Positions 1 to 9,934 of a stretch of DNA of 64,000 nucleotides are shown in pieces; position 1 is the stretch's first letter, and each line of letters opens with the position of its first letter. Where the stretch lies: assembly GCA_963755125.1 (NCBI GenBank), contig CAVWIP010000008.1, forward strand, positions 160,001 through 224,000, read 5' to 3'. The notes under the pieces are model-generated. The model was not told the DNA's origin, made no database searches, and was given only the letters and a program-made list of their open reading frames with translations. Source of the stretch: an uncultured delta proteobacterium (lineage in GTDB: Bacteria > Myxococcota_A > Polyangia > Fen-1088). The translations under genes were made by a program, and so were the position numbers.

Positions 1-2
1 TC

Positions 3-452
3 CCCGGCACCGAATTCGCCGACCTTTCTTTGGAGGAGATCATCAAGAAAGCCTCGGGCGGAATCTTCAACAACGCGGCCCAGGTCTGGAATCACAGCTT
101 TTACTGGAACTGCCTGTCGCCTCAGGGCGGTGGCGAGCCGAGCGGCCCCCTGGCCGATGCCATCGGCAAGAGCTTCGGCGGGTTCGCGTCCTTCAAGGAG
201 AAGTTCAGTAACGCTGCGGTCACGCTGTTTGGTTCAGGCTGGGCCTGGCTGGTCAAAGGCGCTGATGGGAGCCTCAACATCCAGCAGACGAGCAATGCCG
301 GCACGCCGATCAAGGACGGCCAGCGACCCATCCTGACCTGCGACGTGTGGGAGCACGCCTACTACATCGACTACCGGAACGCGCGCGCAAACTACGTCGA
401 GGAGTTCTGGCGAGTCGTCAACTGGCGGTTTGCTGCGGAGAACTTCAAGTAG
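3..452 (+). CDS. sodB: Fe/Mn superoxide dismutase, 5'-truncated by window edge
   Basis: FNNAAQVWNHSFYW, FGSGWAWL and DVWEHAYY motifs; frame open to window start. Confidence 0.95.
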   Translation, partial: PGTEFADLSLEEIIKKASGGIFNNAAQVWNHSFYWNCLSPQGGGEPSGPLADAIGKSFGGFASFKEKFSNAAVTLFGSGWAWLVKGADGSLNIQQTSNAGTPIKDGQRPILTCDVWEHAYYIDYRNARANYVEEFWRVVNWRFAAENFK

Positions 453-462
453 CGGGGTGCCG

Positions 463-3150
463 TCACGCGACCTGCGGCCCGAGTCCCAAGGCGCGCTTTT
501 CTGACTGCGCGGCCGGGGCGTTTGCCTGCGATCGCGCGGCGGGCGCCGCGGACATACGGTTGGCAGCCACGAACTGCTCGATGAAGGCAAGCGAGGGGTC
601 CACCTGATCGACCTGAACCAGAATCAGGTCCCCCGGCAACAACATGCGCAGCCCTGTCTCTATGGCGTGAAATTCGCCTCGCGTCTCGATGATCTCGGCC
701 ACCCGCGTGCTGCGTGCCAGTCCGCGGTGCATGAGCGACACCACTTCGCCGTCGGGCCGGCCGCGCGTGCACTTGTCCTCGTAGATGATCACGTGGTCGA
801 AGCCGTTGCCGATGATCTCGGCCTGGCGAATAATGTCCACATTGCGCCGATCTCCCGCCGCGGTGTACACCACCACGCGCCGGTCGTGGGGCATGCGACC
901 GATGGCATCGATGAGCGCCACCAGGGCGTCGGCGTTGTGCCCGTAGTCGACCACGATGGTTGCCCCTTCGTAATCCAGGACGTTGAACCGCCCCGGCGTG
1001 CTGCGGGTGTCGCTGGTGAATGTCGCCAGCGCCGCGCGCATCACCTCGCAAGGCACGCCCACCGACCAACCAGCGGCGGTTGCAGCCAGCACGTTGTCGA
1101 CCTGGAAGCCGATCTTGCCGTCGCGGGTGAGCGGCACCGCGGACAGGCTGGTCACCCGCTGCTCCCGGTTGCCCTCGACCAGCACCACCACGTCGTTGCG
1201 CACCACCACGGCACGGCCACCGCGGGCACGGTGAGCGACGATGAGCGGGTGCTGGGGGTCGCGAGAAAAGAAGATCGCGGAGCCCGGGCAATAGGGCGCC
1301 ATGGCCACGGTCATGGAGTCCTCCGCATTGAGCACGGCCGCGCCGGTGGGCGCCACGTTCTCCACCACCGTGCGCTTCACCTCGGCCAGTTGCTCCGCGG
1401 TGTCAATGCCTGCCATGCCCAGGTGGTCGCCCTCGCCGATGTTGGTGACAATGGCCACGTCACACATGTCGAAGCCGAGGCCCTCGCGCAGGATGCCCCC
1501 GCGCGCAGTCTCGAGCACGGCCGCATCCACGCGCGGGTTGAACAACACCGCGCGAGCACTGCGGGGTCCGCTGCAATCGTCTGTGTCGATGCGCCGGTCG
1601 TCGATGTAGATACCGTCGGTGCAGGCCATTCCGACGTGCCGACCGGAAGCCCTCAGGATGTGGCCGACCATGCGCACCGTGGTTGTCTTGCCGTTGGTGC
1701 CGGCCACTGCCACGAGCGGGATGCGCCCGTTCTCTCCGGGCGGGAACATGGTGGACACGATGGCCTCGCCCACCGGCCGCGGCTTGCCCACCGACGGGTC
1801 CAGGTGCATGCGAAGCCCAGGCGCGGCGTTGACCTCAACCACAATTCCACCCTGCTCTTCCATGGGCCGGCTGATGTCGCAGCAGATCACGTCCACGCCC
1901 GCGATATCCAGCCCGATGACCCGAGCCGCGTCCACCGCGCGTGCGGCGTTCTCCGGGTGCACGCGGTCAGTCACGTCGGTGGCCGAGCCGCCCGTGCTCA
2001 GGTTGCCGTTCTGGCGCAGAAATACCTGCGTGCCGGCCGCCGGGATCGAACCAGGCGTGTAGCCCTGACCGGCCAGCACGGCCAGCCCGATCACATCGAG
2101 GCGCATCTTGCTCAGTGAGGTGGAGTGGTCCTCGCCCCGGCAGGGGTCCGCGTTGACGACCGCCACCAGCTCGGCCACTGTGGACTTGCCGTCGCCCTGC
2201 ACGCAGGGCGGATCGCGACGGGCCGCCGCAATCATCCGGTCACCCACCACCAACAACCGGTGATCGGCACCCGGGGCGAAGCATTCCACCATCACCGACG
2301 AGCCCTCGGCCCGCGCGGCCTGGAATGCGGCATGAACCTGCTCGCGCGTCGTCAGGTTGACGGCGACGCCGCGACCCTGATTGCCGTGCTGGGGCTTCAC
2401 CACCACCGGAACACCAATCTCCTGTGCCAGCTCCCAAGCCTCATCGGCGTCCTTGACCGGGCCGCCTGACGGCACGGGCACGCCCACCGATCGAAGCAGG
2501 AGCTTGGTCAGTTCCTTGTCTTGAGCGATGGATTCTCCGATGGCGCTGGTGCGATCGGTCTCAGCCGCCAAAATGCGTCGCTGGCGCGAACCCCAGCCAA
2601 GCTGAACCAGACTGCCCCCGTTCAGCCGGCGAGTGGGCACCCCCCGTGCCTCGGCTGCACGCACGATGGCCCGGGTGCTGGGACCGAGGCGCAGATCCTC
2701 GTCCATCGAACGTAGCTTCTTGAGAGTGGCAAGCACGTCGAAGCTCTGCTCGGCCAGGACGGTATCGATGACCTGGACCGCCGCTTCCACAGCCGCACGT
2801 GCCACGTCCTCCTCGCGATACTCCACCACCACCTTGAACACGCCCGCTCCGTTGGTCGCGGTCGTCCTGCTGAAGGACACCGGCACCCGTGCCCCCTTCT
2901 GCAGCGCCATCGCCACACGCTCCAACACGTGCGCCAGGGTGGCACCTTCGCCGGCCGCGCTGGCCCGATCGCCCTCGGCCCATTGCGCCCCGGAAAACGT
3001 GTCAGGAAAAAGGTCGTGCAGGCGCTTCTCGACTCCTGGGAACTCGGCCACGGTCAAGTTGTCCGGGCCAAGGTCGACGGTTACCTCAAGCGCGGTACGA
3101 CGACTCCAGACATTGGGTCCCCTAAGTGCGCGAATTCTGGTGAGTTGCAT
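463..3150 (-). CDS. cphA: Cyanophycin synthetase, paralog 2
   Basis: LRGPN N-terminus, LGPST, ATP-grasp region (KPQHGNQGRGV, NLSTGG, EVNAAPG), Mur-ligase-like domain (GTNGKTTT, ETARGG, DYGHN). Confidence 0.95.
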   Translation of the reverse strand: MQLTRIRALRGPNVWSRRTALEVTVDLGPDNLTVAEFPGVEKRLHDLFPDTFSGAQWAEGDRASAAGEGATLAHVLERVAMALQKGARVPVSFSRTTATNGAGVFKVVVEYREEDVARAAVEAAVQVIDTVLAEQSFDVLATLKKLRSMDEDLRLGPSTRAIVRAAEARGVPTRRLNGGSLVQLGWGSRQRRILAAETDRTSAIGESIAQDKELTKLLLRSVGVPVPSGGPVKDADEAWELAQEIGVPVVVKPQHGNQGRGVAVNLTTREQVHAAFQAARAEGSSVMVECFAPGADHRLLVVGDRMIAAARRDPPCVQGDGKSTVAELVAVVNADPCRGEDHSTSLSKMRLDVIGLAVLAGQGYTPGSIPAAGTQVFLRQNGNLSTGGSATDVTDRVHPENAARAVDAARVIGLDIAGVDVICCDISRPMEEQGGIVVEVNAAPGLRMHLDPSVGKPRPVGEAIVSTMFPPGENGRIPLVAVAGTNGKTTTVRMVGHILRASGRHVGMACTDGIYIDDRRIDTDDCSGPRSARAVLFNPRVDAAVLETARGGILREGLGFDMCDVAIVTNIGEGDHLGMAGIDTAEQLAEVKRTVVENVAPTGAAVLNAEDSMTVAMAPYCPGSAIFFSRDPQHPLIVAHRARGGRAVVVRNDVVVLVEGNREQRVTSLSAVPLTRDGKIGFQVDNVLAATAAGWSVGVPCEVMRAALATFTSDTRSTPGRFNVLDYEGATIVVDYGHNADALVALIDAIGRMPHDRRVVVYTAAGDRRNVDIIRQAEIIGNGFDHVIIYEDKCTRGRPDGEVVSLMHRGLARSTRVAEIIETRGEFHAIETGLRMLLPGDLILVQVDQVDPSLAFIEQFVAANRMSAAPAARSQANAPAAQSEKRALGLGPQVA

Positions 3151-3170
3151 GGTGGCCGTCTTCGGGTTGG

Positions 3171-5882
3171 TCAGTTTTTCTTCGAATCCGGCCTTGATGA
3201 AGACCGGAGGGTCACTGGTAGTGCGACGGACCGCGAACGGGTTTTATTCGCAGCTCCGGCACCACCGCGTGCCTTTTTCTCTTCGCTGACCACGCCGACG
3301 GCCGATAACACAGCGAGACTCGATTCGATTTCACCGTCGAGAACCTGAACCAGCGCCAGTTCGCCCGGTTTGAGCAGGTCGACGGCATTTCCAACCGCCT
3401 CGCGATAGTCAGAAACATGAATGATCTCAGCCACTCGCTCTCCCAAAACGAGTCCTTTTCTCAGCAGGCCAGGCACATCGCCCTTGGCCCGGCCCGCGGC
3501 TGATGGGTCGTCGTACAGGATGACTCGGTCAAAGGCACCAGCCAGAATCTCTCCTTGCCGCACGATGTCCTCGTCCCGTCTCTGGTCGCCTGCCGAATAG
3601 ACCGCCGTGCGCCTCCGATGGGGAAAGCGCTCGAGCGCAGACACCACTGCGAGCAACGCAGAGACGTTGTGGCAGTCGTCGATCACCAGGGTTGCCTCGC
3701 CATAGGGCACGACGTTGAAGCGACAGGGGTCATCCTGCCGATCCGCGCGGAAGGTTTCCAGTCCCGTGCGGATGGCCTCATTGGGAAGACCCAGCGCCCA
3801 GGCCGCCGCGGCGGCCGCGAGGGCGTTCTCCACCTGGAAGGGCGCGCGCCCGGAGTAAGTGATGGGGATCTCGTTGATCGAGATCAGGTCGGTCTCCGAC
3901 GGTCCTTCGCCCAGAATCAACTTACCGTCGCGCACGAAGACCGCCCGCTTGCCTTGGCCGCGGTGCTCCTGCAGCGTCGGAGGCGTGCCATCGAGGGCAA
4001 AGAAGATCACCGAACCCGCGCACAGCGGCGCCATCTTCACCACCAGCGGATCGCTGGCATTGAGCACCGCAGAGCCGGTGGGCAAGACCACGTCCACCGG
4101 CGTGCGCTTGACCGTGAACACATCGTCTACGGTGTTCACGTTGTGCAGTCCCAGGTGATCGGCTTGACCGATGTTGGTCACCACCGCCACGTCGCAACGG
4201 TCGAAGCCAAGGCCCTCGCGCAGGATACCGCCGCGGGCGGCTTCGAACACCGCAGCCTCGACCTGCGGGTTGACCAGGATCTTGCGCGCGCTGCGCGGGC
4301 CGGCGCAGTCCCCGCCCTCGATGGTGCGGCCCGAAACGTCGATGCCGTCGCTGCAGGTCATGCCCACCGTGCGACCGGCCGAACGCAGGATGTGCGCCAC
4401 GAGACGGGTGACCGTGGTTTTGCCGTTGCTGCCGGTTACGCACACGATGGGGATGCGGCCGTTCTCGCCCGGCGGGAAAAGCGTGTCCACGATGGCCTCA
4501 CCCACCGGACGGGGCGCGCCCACCGAGGGTGCCAGGTGCATGGCCAGTCCTGGCCCGGCGTTAACCTCGACCACGACCCCGCCCTGGTCTTCCAGCCGCT
4601 GCGAGATGTCGCTCGCCACCACATCGAGCCCGGCCACGTCCAGACCGACGATCTGGGCCGCCAGGGCCGCGTGGGCGGCGATGCTCGGGTGAACCTGGTC
4701 GGTTACGTCGATGGACAGGTTGTCGCTGTACTGGACGACCACCGACTCGCCGGCCGCGGGCACGCTGTCGGGACGGTGGCCCTGGCGTTCCAGGTGCATG
4801 AGCGTGGTCTCATCCTTCAAAGTGATCCGGCACAGCGGACAGGATTCGTACGAGCCGCGCCTGGGATCGGAATTGATCTGATCGTCGACGAGCTGGGCCA
4901 CGGTTCGCTGGCCGTCACCGACGATGCTGGCGATGTCCCCGCGCGTGGCCGCCACCAGCTTGCCACCCACCACCAGCAGGCGGTGTTCGGCGCCCTCGGC
5001 GAACTTCTCGACAATCACGCCGCTGCCTTCGTGGGTCGCAATCTCGAACGCGGCACGCACCTGAGCCTCGCTGGTCAGGCTGGTGAACACGCCGCGGGCA
5101 TGGTTGCCATCGCGGGGCTTGACCACCACCGGCACGCCAATCTCCTCGGCCGCCTGCCAGGCATCGTCCGCGTCGCTGACCAGGCGGCCCTCGGGAACGG
5201 GAATTCCCCCGGCGCGCAGGAGGCTCTTGGTCAACTCCTTGTCCTGTGCAATCGATTCAGCCACCGCGCTGGTGCGGTCGGTTTCGGCCGTCCAGATGCG
5301 GCGCTGCTTGGCTCCCTGGCCGAGCTGCACCAGGCTGCCCTCGTTGAGCCGGCGCACCGGGATACCACGAGCATCGGCCGCGGCCACGATGGCGGCCGTG
5401 CTGGGGCCCAGGCACACGCGGTCGGCCAACTCGCGCAGCTTGCTCACCTCTTGCGCGACGTCGTAGGGGCTGTCGTGGATGGCGGCCAGCACCAGCTCGC
5501 GGGCGGCGAGCAGGCAGGCGCGGGCCAGCCTCTCGTCACGGTAGCGCACCACCACCCGGTACACGCCCTCTTCCGCCGTCTCGCGCGCGCGGCCGTACCC
5601 GACGGTGGAGCCGGCCAGGTTCTGCAACTCGATGCAGACGTGTTCCAGGATATGCGCGGGATAGGTGCCCTCGCGCAGACGCTGGAAGAACCCGCCGCGC
5701 TCACCCACGCTGCAGCGGTGCTCGATCATGGTCGGCAACCACGCCATCAGCCGGTCATTCAATCCGGGTATGGAATCAGACGGTCTGTCGCTGAGGTCCT
5801 TGAGATCCACCCACGCTTCCAACACCGGGTGCCGCGACCAGATGTTGGGGCCGCGCAGGGCCAAGATTCTGCGGATCTCCAT
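3171..5882 (-). CDS. cphA: Cyanophycin synthetase, paralog 1
   Basis: Start placed at MEIRRILALRGPN (ATG 5882, AAGGA upstream); HRCS..GGF..RL.EGTY.AHILEH N-domain, ATP-grasp and Mur-like domains. Confidence 0.93.
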   Translation of the reverse strand: MEIRRILALRGPNIWSRHPVLEAWVDLKDLSDRPSDSIPGLNDRLMAWLPTMIEHRCSVGERGGFFQRLREGTYPAHILEHVCIELQNLAGSTVGYGRARETAEEGVYRVVVRYRDERLARACLLAARELVLAAIHDSPYDVAQEVSKLRELADRVCLGPSTAAIVAAADARGIPVRRLNEGSLVQLGQGAKQRRIWTAETDRTSAVAESIAQDKELTKSLLRAGGIPVPEGRLVSDADDAWQAAEEIGVPVVVKPRDGNHARGVFTSLTSEAQVRAAFEIATHEGSGVIVEKFAEGAEHRLLVVGGKLVAATRGDIASIVGDGQRTVAQLVDDQINSDPRRGSYESCPLCRITLKDETTLMHLERQGHRPDSVPAAGESVVVQYSDNLSIDVTDQVHPSIAAHAALAAQIVGLDVAGLDVVASDISQRLEDQGGVVVEVNAGPGLAMHLAPSVGAPRPVGEAIVDTLFPPGENGRIPIVCVTGSNGKTTVTRLVAHILRSAGRTVGMTCSDGIDVSGRTIEGGDCAGPRSARKILVNPQVEAAVFEAARGGILREGLGFDRCDVAVVTNIGQADHLGLHNVNTVDDVFTVKRTPVDVVLPTGSAVLNASDPLVVKMAPLCAGSVIFFALDGTPPTLQEHRGQGKRAVFVRDGKLILGEGPSETDLISINEIPITYSGRAPFQVENALAAAAAAWALGLPNEAIRTGLETFRADRQDDPCRFNVVPYGEATLVIDDCHNVSALLAVVSALERFPHRRRTAVYSAGDQRRDEDIVRQGEILAGAFDRVILYDDPSAAGRAKGDVPGLLRKGLVLGERVAEIIHVSDYREAVGNAVDLLKPGELALVQVLDGEIESSLAVLSAVGVVSEEKKARGGAGAANKTRSRSVALPVTLRSSSRPDSKKN

Positions 5883-6030
5883 GGATGGTTCCTTGAATGA
5901 CCGATGCACGATGACGTCTAAGAGACTAATCCAATCTGTGTCACGGCGAGCGCCGTGGTGTATTTTGGGCTGAAATTTCGTCGACGGCGGCAAAGAAGGC
6001 ACCCCACGTGGGGACATTGAGCAGCGCACC

Positions 6031-8346
6031 TTGACCGAATCCGAAGCAACCTGCAACCAGCTCCCTGAGCCCTTGCGCGGCATCGTGCAGAGTCTGCTTG
6101 CACCGGGTGAATCCCTGCGCGCGGTGTTCCAGCCCGATCTGGATGACCGGCTGAAGTACTGCGAGGGGCTGGTGGTGCTCACCGACCGCCGCCTGCTGGC
6201 GCGCGAAGACGGCGAAGTGCGCGCGTGGCCGCTTCATCAGGTGGCGCGGCTGCAGGCGCGCGACCGGGGCGGACTGGGCACTCTGGAAGCACTCAGCCCC
6301 AGCGCGCGTTTGGCATGTTGGCACCACACTGTGGGCCGGGCTGGCGCTGCCCGCAATCTGGCGGATGTTTTCGACCGCCTGGCCGCCGGCCACGCGCCCG
6401 GCGATCTCGGACGGGACGATGAATTGGCTGTGCCCGAAGGCGAGAAACCGTCGGCGCCCGCCAACGTGCGTTCGCTCTTCCGTCTGTTTCGCTTTGCCCG
6501 CGCCCACACCGCCGCGCTGGTGCTTGGCCTTGTGCTCACTCTCGGCGGAACCGCCGCCGGCTTGGTCCCGCCCTATCTGACCTGGCCTCTGGTCGACAAG
6601 GTGCTGGAGCCTTACCAGGACCACGTCAAAGAGCTGCGCTCCGCCTCCGCGACCAGCGACCACCAGGCAGGCTTGCGCAGCATCGAACGAGAACGTGACG
6701 CCGGATTCCGCCGCGTCGGCTTCTATCTTTTTGCCTTTGCCGGCGCGTCGCTGCTCGCCTGGGCGCTGGGCTGGGCCCAGGGCTGGGTGCTGGCCTGGGT
6801 CAGCGAGCGCATCAGCGCGGATCTGCGCAACACCACCTATGCCCACCTGCAGAAGCTGTCGCTGGAGTTCTTCGGCACCAAGCGCACCGGCGATCTGGTG
6901 GCCCGCATCAGCAGCGACACCGACCGCATCTGCAATTTCCTCTCCGACACCTTGGTCGACTTCATCGCCGACGTGCTGATGATCGTGGGCACCGCGGTGG
7001 TGCTCATCAGCATCGACCCCATCCTGGCCGCCGCCACACTCTGCACCTTCCCCATCATCGCCTGGCTGACCGTGCACCTGCGCGACCGGCTGACCCACGG
7101 CTTTCTGCACGGCGGCCGCGCCTGGGCCGAGATGACCAGCATCCTGGCCGACACCATTCCGGGTATCCGCGTGGTGAAAGCCTTCGCGCAAGAGAAGCGG
7201 GAAGCTGAGCGCTTCGGCGCCGCCAACCTGCGCATCATCGCGGCCAATGACCGGGTCAACAAGGTGTGGACGTTTTTCTGGCCCGCGGTGGCCTTGCTCA
7301 ACCAGGTCGGCTTGCTGGTGGTGTGGGTGGTCGGCGCCTGGGAGGTGTTCAGCGGCCGCGTGACAGTCGGCGTGCTGGTGGCTTTCTTGGCCTACATTGG
7401 CCGTTTCTACGCGCGGCTCGAGTCCATGAGCCGCATGGCCACCAACACGCAGAAGGCGGCGGCCAGCAGCCAGCGCCTGTTCGAGATCCTGGACCGGCCG
7501 CCGGGCGTGCCCGAGCCGGCGCATCCCGTGCATCCTGGCAAGATCCGCGGCGCCATCGAGGTACACAATGCCAGCTTCCGCTTCGGCAGCCGGCAAGTCA
7601 TCGACGCCGTCAGCCTGCAGGTGCAGCCGGGCGAGATGATCGGCCTGGTGGGCACCACCGGCGCAGGCAAGAGCACTCTGGTCAATCTGGTCTGCCGTTT
7701 CTACGACGTGAGCGAGGGCGCCGTGCTGGTCGATGGGACCGACATCCGTTCTTTCCCCATTGCCGAGTACCGCCGGAGCATTGGCATTGTCTTGCAAGAC
7801 CCTTTCCTCTTCTGGGGCACCATCGCGGAGAACATCGCGTACGGAAAACCCGAGGCCACGCGCGCCGAGATCGTGGCCGCGGCGCGGGCCGCGCGCGCGC
7901 ACGAGTTCATCCTGCAGCTTTCCGACGGCTACGATTCCATGGTGGGCGAGCGCGGCCACACCCTGTCGGGCGGAGAGCGCCAGCGCATCTCCATCGCGCG
8001 CGCCCTGCTCATCGACCCGAGCATCCTCATCCTCGACGAAGCGACCTCGTCGGTGGACACGCAAACCGAACGCGAGATCCAGGAGGCGCTCGACAATCTG
8101 GTGCGCGGCCGCACCACCATCGCGATCGCTCACCGGCTGAGCACCTTGCACCAGGCGAGTCGGCTGGTCGTGCTCGAGCACGGCCGCATCGTCGAGGTGG
8201 GACAGCACGCCGATCTGCTCGCCGCGGGCGGCCGCTACGCGCAGCTTTACCAGGCACAGATGCAGCGTGGACAGGCGCTGGGAAGTCCCGAGCCGCCGCG
8301 GGAAGTGCCGCCAGCCCTGACCGACCGCGAGGGAGGTGACGCGTGA
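6031..8346 (+). CDS. ABC exporter (fused TMD-NBD) with extra N-terminal soluble domain, cyanophycin-cluster associated type
   Basis: GTTGAGKST Walker A, LSGGERQR signature, ILILDE Walker B, several TM helices; divergent from the cphA pair. Confidence 0.9.
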   Translation: MTESEATCNQLPEPLRGIVQSLLAPGESLRAVFQPDLDDRLKYCEGLVVLTDRRLLAREDGEVRAWPLHQVARLQARDRGGLGTLEALSPSARLACWHHTVGRAGAARNLADVFDRLAAGHAPGDLGRDDELAVPEGEKPSAPANVRSLFRLFRFARAHTAALVLGLVLTLGGTAAGLVPPYLTWPLVDKVLEPYQDHVKELRSASATSDHQAGLRSIERERDAGFRRVGFYLFAFAGASLLAWALGWAQGWVLAWVSERISADLRNTTYAHLQKLSLEFFGTKRTGDLVARISSDTDRICNFLSDTLVDFIADVLMIVGTAVVLISIDPILAAATLCTFPIIAWLTVHLRDRLTHGFLHGGRAWAEMTSILADTIPGIRVVKAFAQEKREAERFGAANLRIIAANDRVNKVWTFFWPAVALLNQVGLLVVWVVGAWEVFSGRVTVGVLVAFLAYIGRFYARLESMSRMATNTQKAAASSQRLFEILDRPPGVPEPAHPVHPGKIRGAIEVHNASFRFGSRQVIDAVSLQVQPGEMIGLVGTTGAGKSTLVNLVCRFYDVSEGAVLVDGTDIRSFPIAEYRRSIGIVLQDPFLFWGTIAENIAYGKPEATRAEIVAAARAARAHEFILQLSDGYDSMVGERGHTLSGGERQRISIARALLIDPSILILDEATSSVDTQTEREIQEALDNLVRGRTTIAIAHRLSTLHQASRLVVLEHGRIVEVGQHADLLAAGGRYAQLYQAQMQRGQALGSPEPPREVPPALTDREGGDA

Positions 8347-8825
8347 AGGACGCCAGCGCAGCCCTCCCGATTCGCCTACACCACGACGCCTTTGGCCGGC
8401 TGGTCGTGACCATGCCCGACGGGCAAAGCCACAGCGGTGTCGTGCCTGTTCACGCCTTCCCCTTTTCCGCGCCCGAACAATGGATTTCCCTGTGCGACGA
8501 AACCGGCCACGAAGTCCTCTGTCTGACCGACCTGGCCGATGTTTCGGCCGAAACCCGCGAGCAACTTTCCGCCGAGCTGGCCCGGCGCGAGTTCATCCCG
8601 CGCATCCTGTGCATCCTGCGCGTGGTCGAGGGCGGCGGCTGCAGCCAGTGGTTCGTCAAGAGCGACCGCGGCGACACCAATTTCGAGCTGACCAGCGAGG
8701 ACAACATCCGTCGCATGGGCAGCGATGGTGCCTTGCTGATCGACAGCCACGGCATCCGCTACCGCATCACCTCGGTGCCGCAACTGGATGCGCACAGCCG
8801 GAAGATCTTGCGCCAGTACCTGTGA
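8343..8825 (+). CDS. DUF1854 family protein
   Basis: PVHAFPFSAP, ELARREFIPRI, DRGDTNF, LLIDSHGIRY motifs; 4-bp overlap with the ABC gene. Confidence 0.85.
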   Translation: MKDASAALPIRLHHDAFGRLVVTMPDGQSHSGVVPVHAFPFSAPEQWISLCDETGHEVLCLTDLADVSAETREQLSAELARREFIPRILCILRVVEGGGCSQWFVKSDRGDTNFELTSEDNIRRMGSDGALLIDSHGIRYRITSVPQLDAHSRKILRQYL

Positions 8826-9100
8826 AGATGCTGGCCCGCCCGATGGCCTCGGTCCAGCGAGGATTCGGACGTCTGGCTGCAAAGGAGCTGAGCCAGGAGG
8901 GGTAGGGTTGGTCAGCCAGGCTCGCGGCCCAAAGGGTTTTCAGCTACGCCCTGTGCCCATATCTTCCCACAGAGGCTATCGTCGAGAGTGGACTAGGCGC
9001 AACGCCCCATAGCGGCAGGACGACCGCATGTCGCCGCTACGGCTGTTCACAAGGCGCGGGATCCGATAATGTGCGCCGCAACTTTGAACGAGGACGCAAC

Positions 9101-9904
9101 ATGAACGTGCAGAATATCGTCGTGGCAGGCAAGAGCGGCGCGGGCAAGCAGCCGCGCGTGGACGTGCTGGTGCAGACCTACGGCCTGCGGCAGCTCGCCA
9201 CGGGGAACATCTTTCGAGAGTACCTGGGCACCTTCAACAAGGTGCGCGGCAACGCCAAGACCGATGGTCTGTGGATCGACGGCAAGTTCGCAGCCGACAC
9301 GGCAATTCGCCAGGCTCTGGCTCCCGCATGCGCCAAGGCGGCTGTGGATGTCGATGCGGCGATGCTGGGATTCAAGGCGGCCCAATACGTGGATCGTGGC
9401 CGCTTCGTGCCCGACGAGATCACCAACGCGCTTCTGGCAGCGGCCTTTCGCGCCGGCAACGGCAAGGGCTTCGTGCTGGACGGCTACCCGCGCACGCCTG
9501 AGCAATCGGACTTTCTGCTCGCCCTGGCCAAGGATTGCGGCACGCGCATCGATCTGGTGCTCATCGTCGACAACGAGGACGAAGCCATCGTGGCCCGCAC
9601 CATCGGCCGGCGCGTGTGCCCCAACAAGTCCTGCGCCAAGGTCTTCCACCTGCAGTTCAAGCCGCCCACGCCCGACGGCAAGTGCACGGCGTGCGGCACC
9701 CCGGTGGTGCAGCGATCCGACGACACCGAAGAAAAGATCCGCACTCGCCTGGCGGAATTCCAGAGCAAGGCCCTGCCCGCCATCAAGCGCCTGTCAGCCG
9801 CCGGGATCCCGACCGTGTCGGTTCCGGGCAACCTGCCGGTGTTCACCGACCAGGCGGTCAAGGACAGCGTACTCGCCGTGGTCCAGCCTGCGCTCGCGCG
9901 CTAG
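9101..9904 (+). CDS. adk: Adenylate kinase-like nucleoside monophosphate kinase with Zn-type LID and an insertion
   Basis: GKSGAGK P-loop, VPDE, LDGYPRT, CPNKSC..CTAC LID, RSDD. Confidence 0.82.
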   Translation: MNVQNIVVAGKSGAGKQPRVDVLVQTYGLRQLATGNIFREYLGTFNKVRGNAKTDGLWIDGKFAADTAIRQALAPACAKAAVDVDAAMLGFKAAQYVDRGRFVPDEITNALLAAAFRAGNGKGFVLDGYPRTPEQSDFLLALAKDCGTRIDLVLIVDNEDEAIVARTIGRRVCPNKSCAKVFHLQFKPPTPDGKCTACGTPVVQRSDDTEEKIRTRLAEFQSKALPAIKRLSAAGIPTVSVPGNLPVFTDQAVKDSVLAVVQPALAR

Positions 9905-9934
9905 ACAGGCTGGATCGGGTAGACTTCGGTGTGC

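Noticed and set aside
5883..6182. 100-aa N-terminal extension of CphA paralog 1 in the ORF track
   Set aside because: Overlaps the divergent ABC gene; homology and SD point to ATG 5882
3555..8208. Long antisense ORFs (3555-5900 +, 5941-8208 -) and similar ones elsewhere (e.g. 9794-11908, 18385-20475)
   Set aside because: Shadow frames of real genes, expected at high GC; no recognisable motifs
8826..9070. Hairpins between DUF1854 and adk as an ncRNA
   Set aside because: Only generic GC stems; no recognisable family signature
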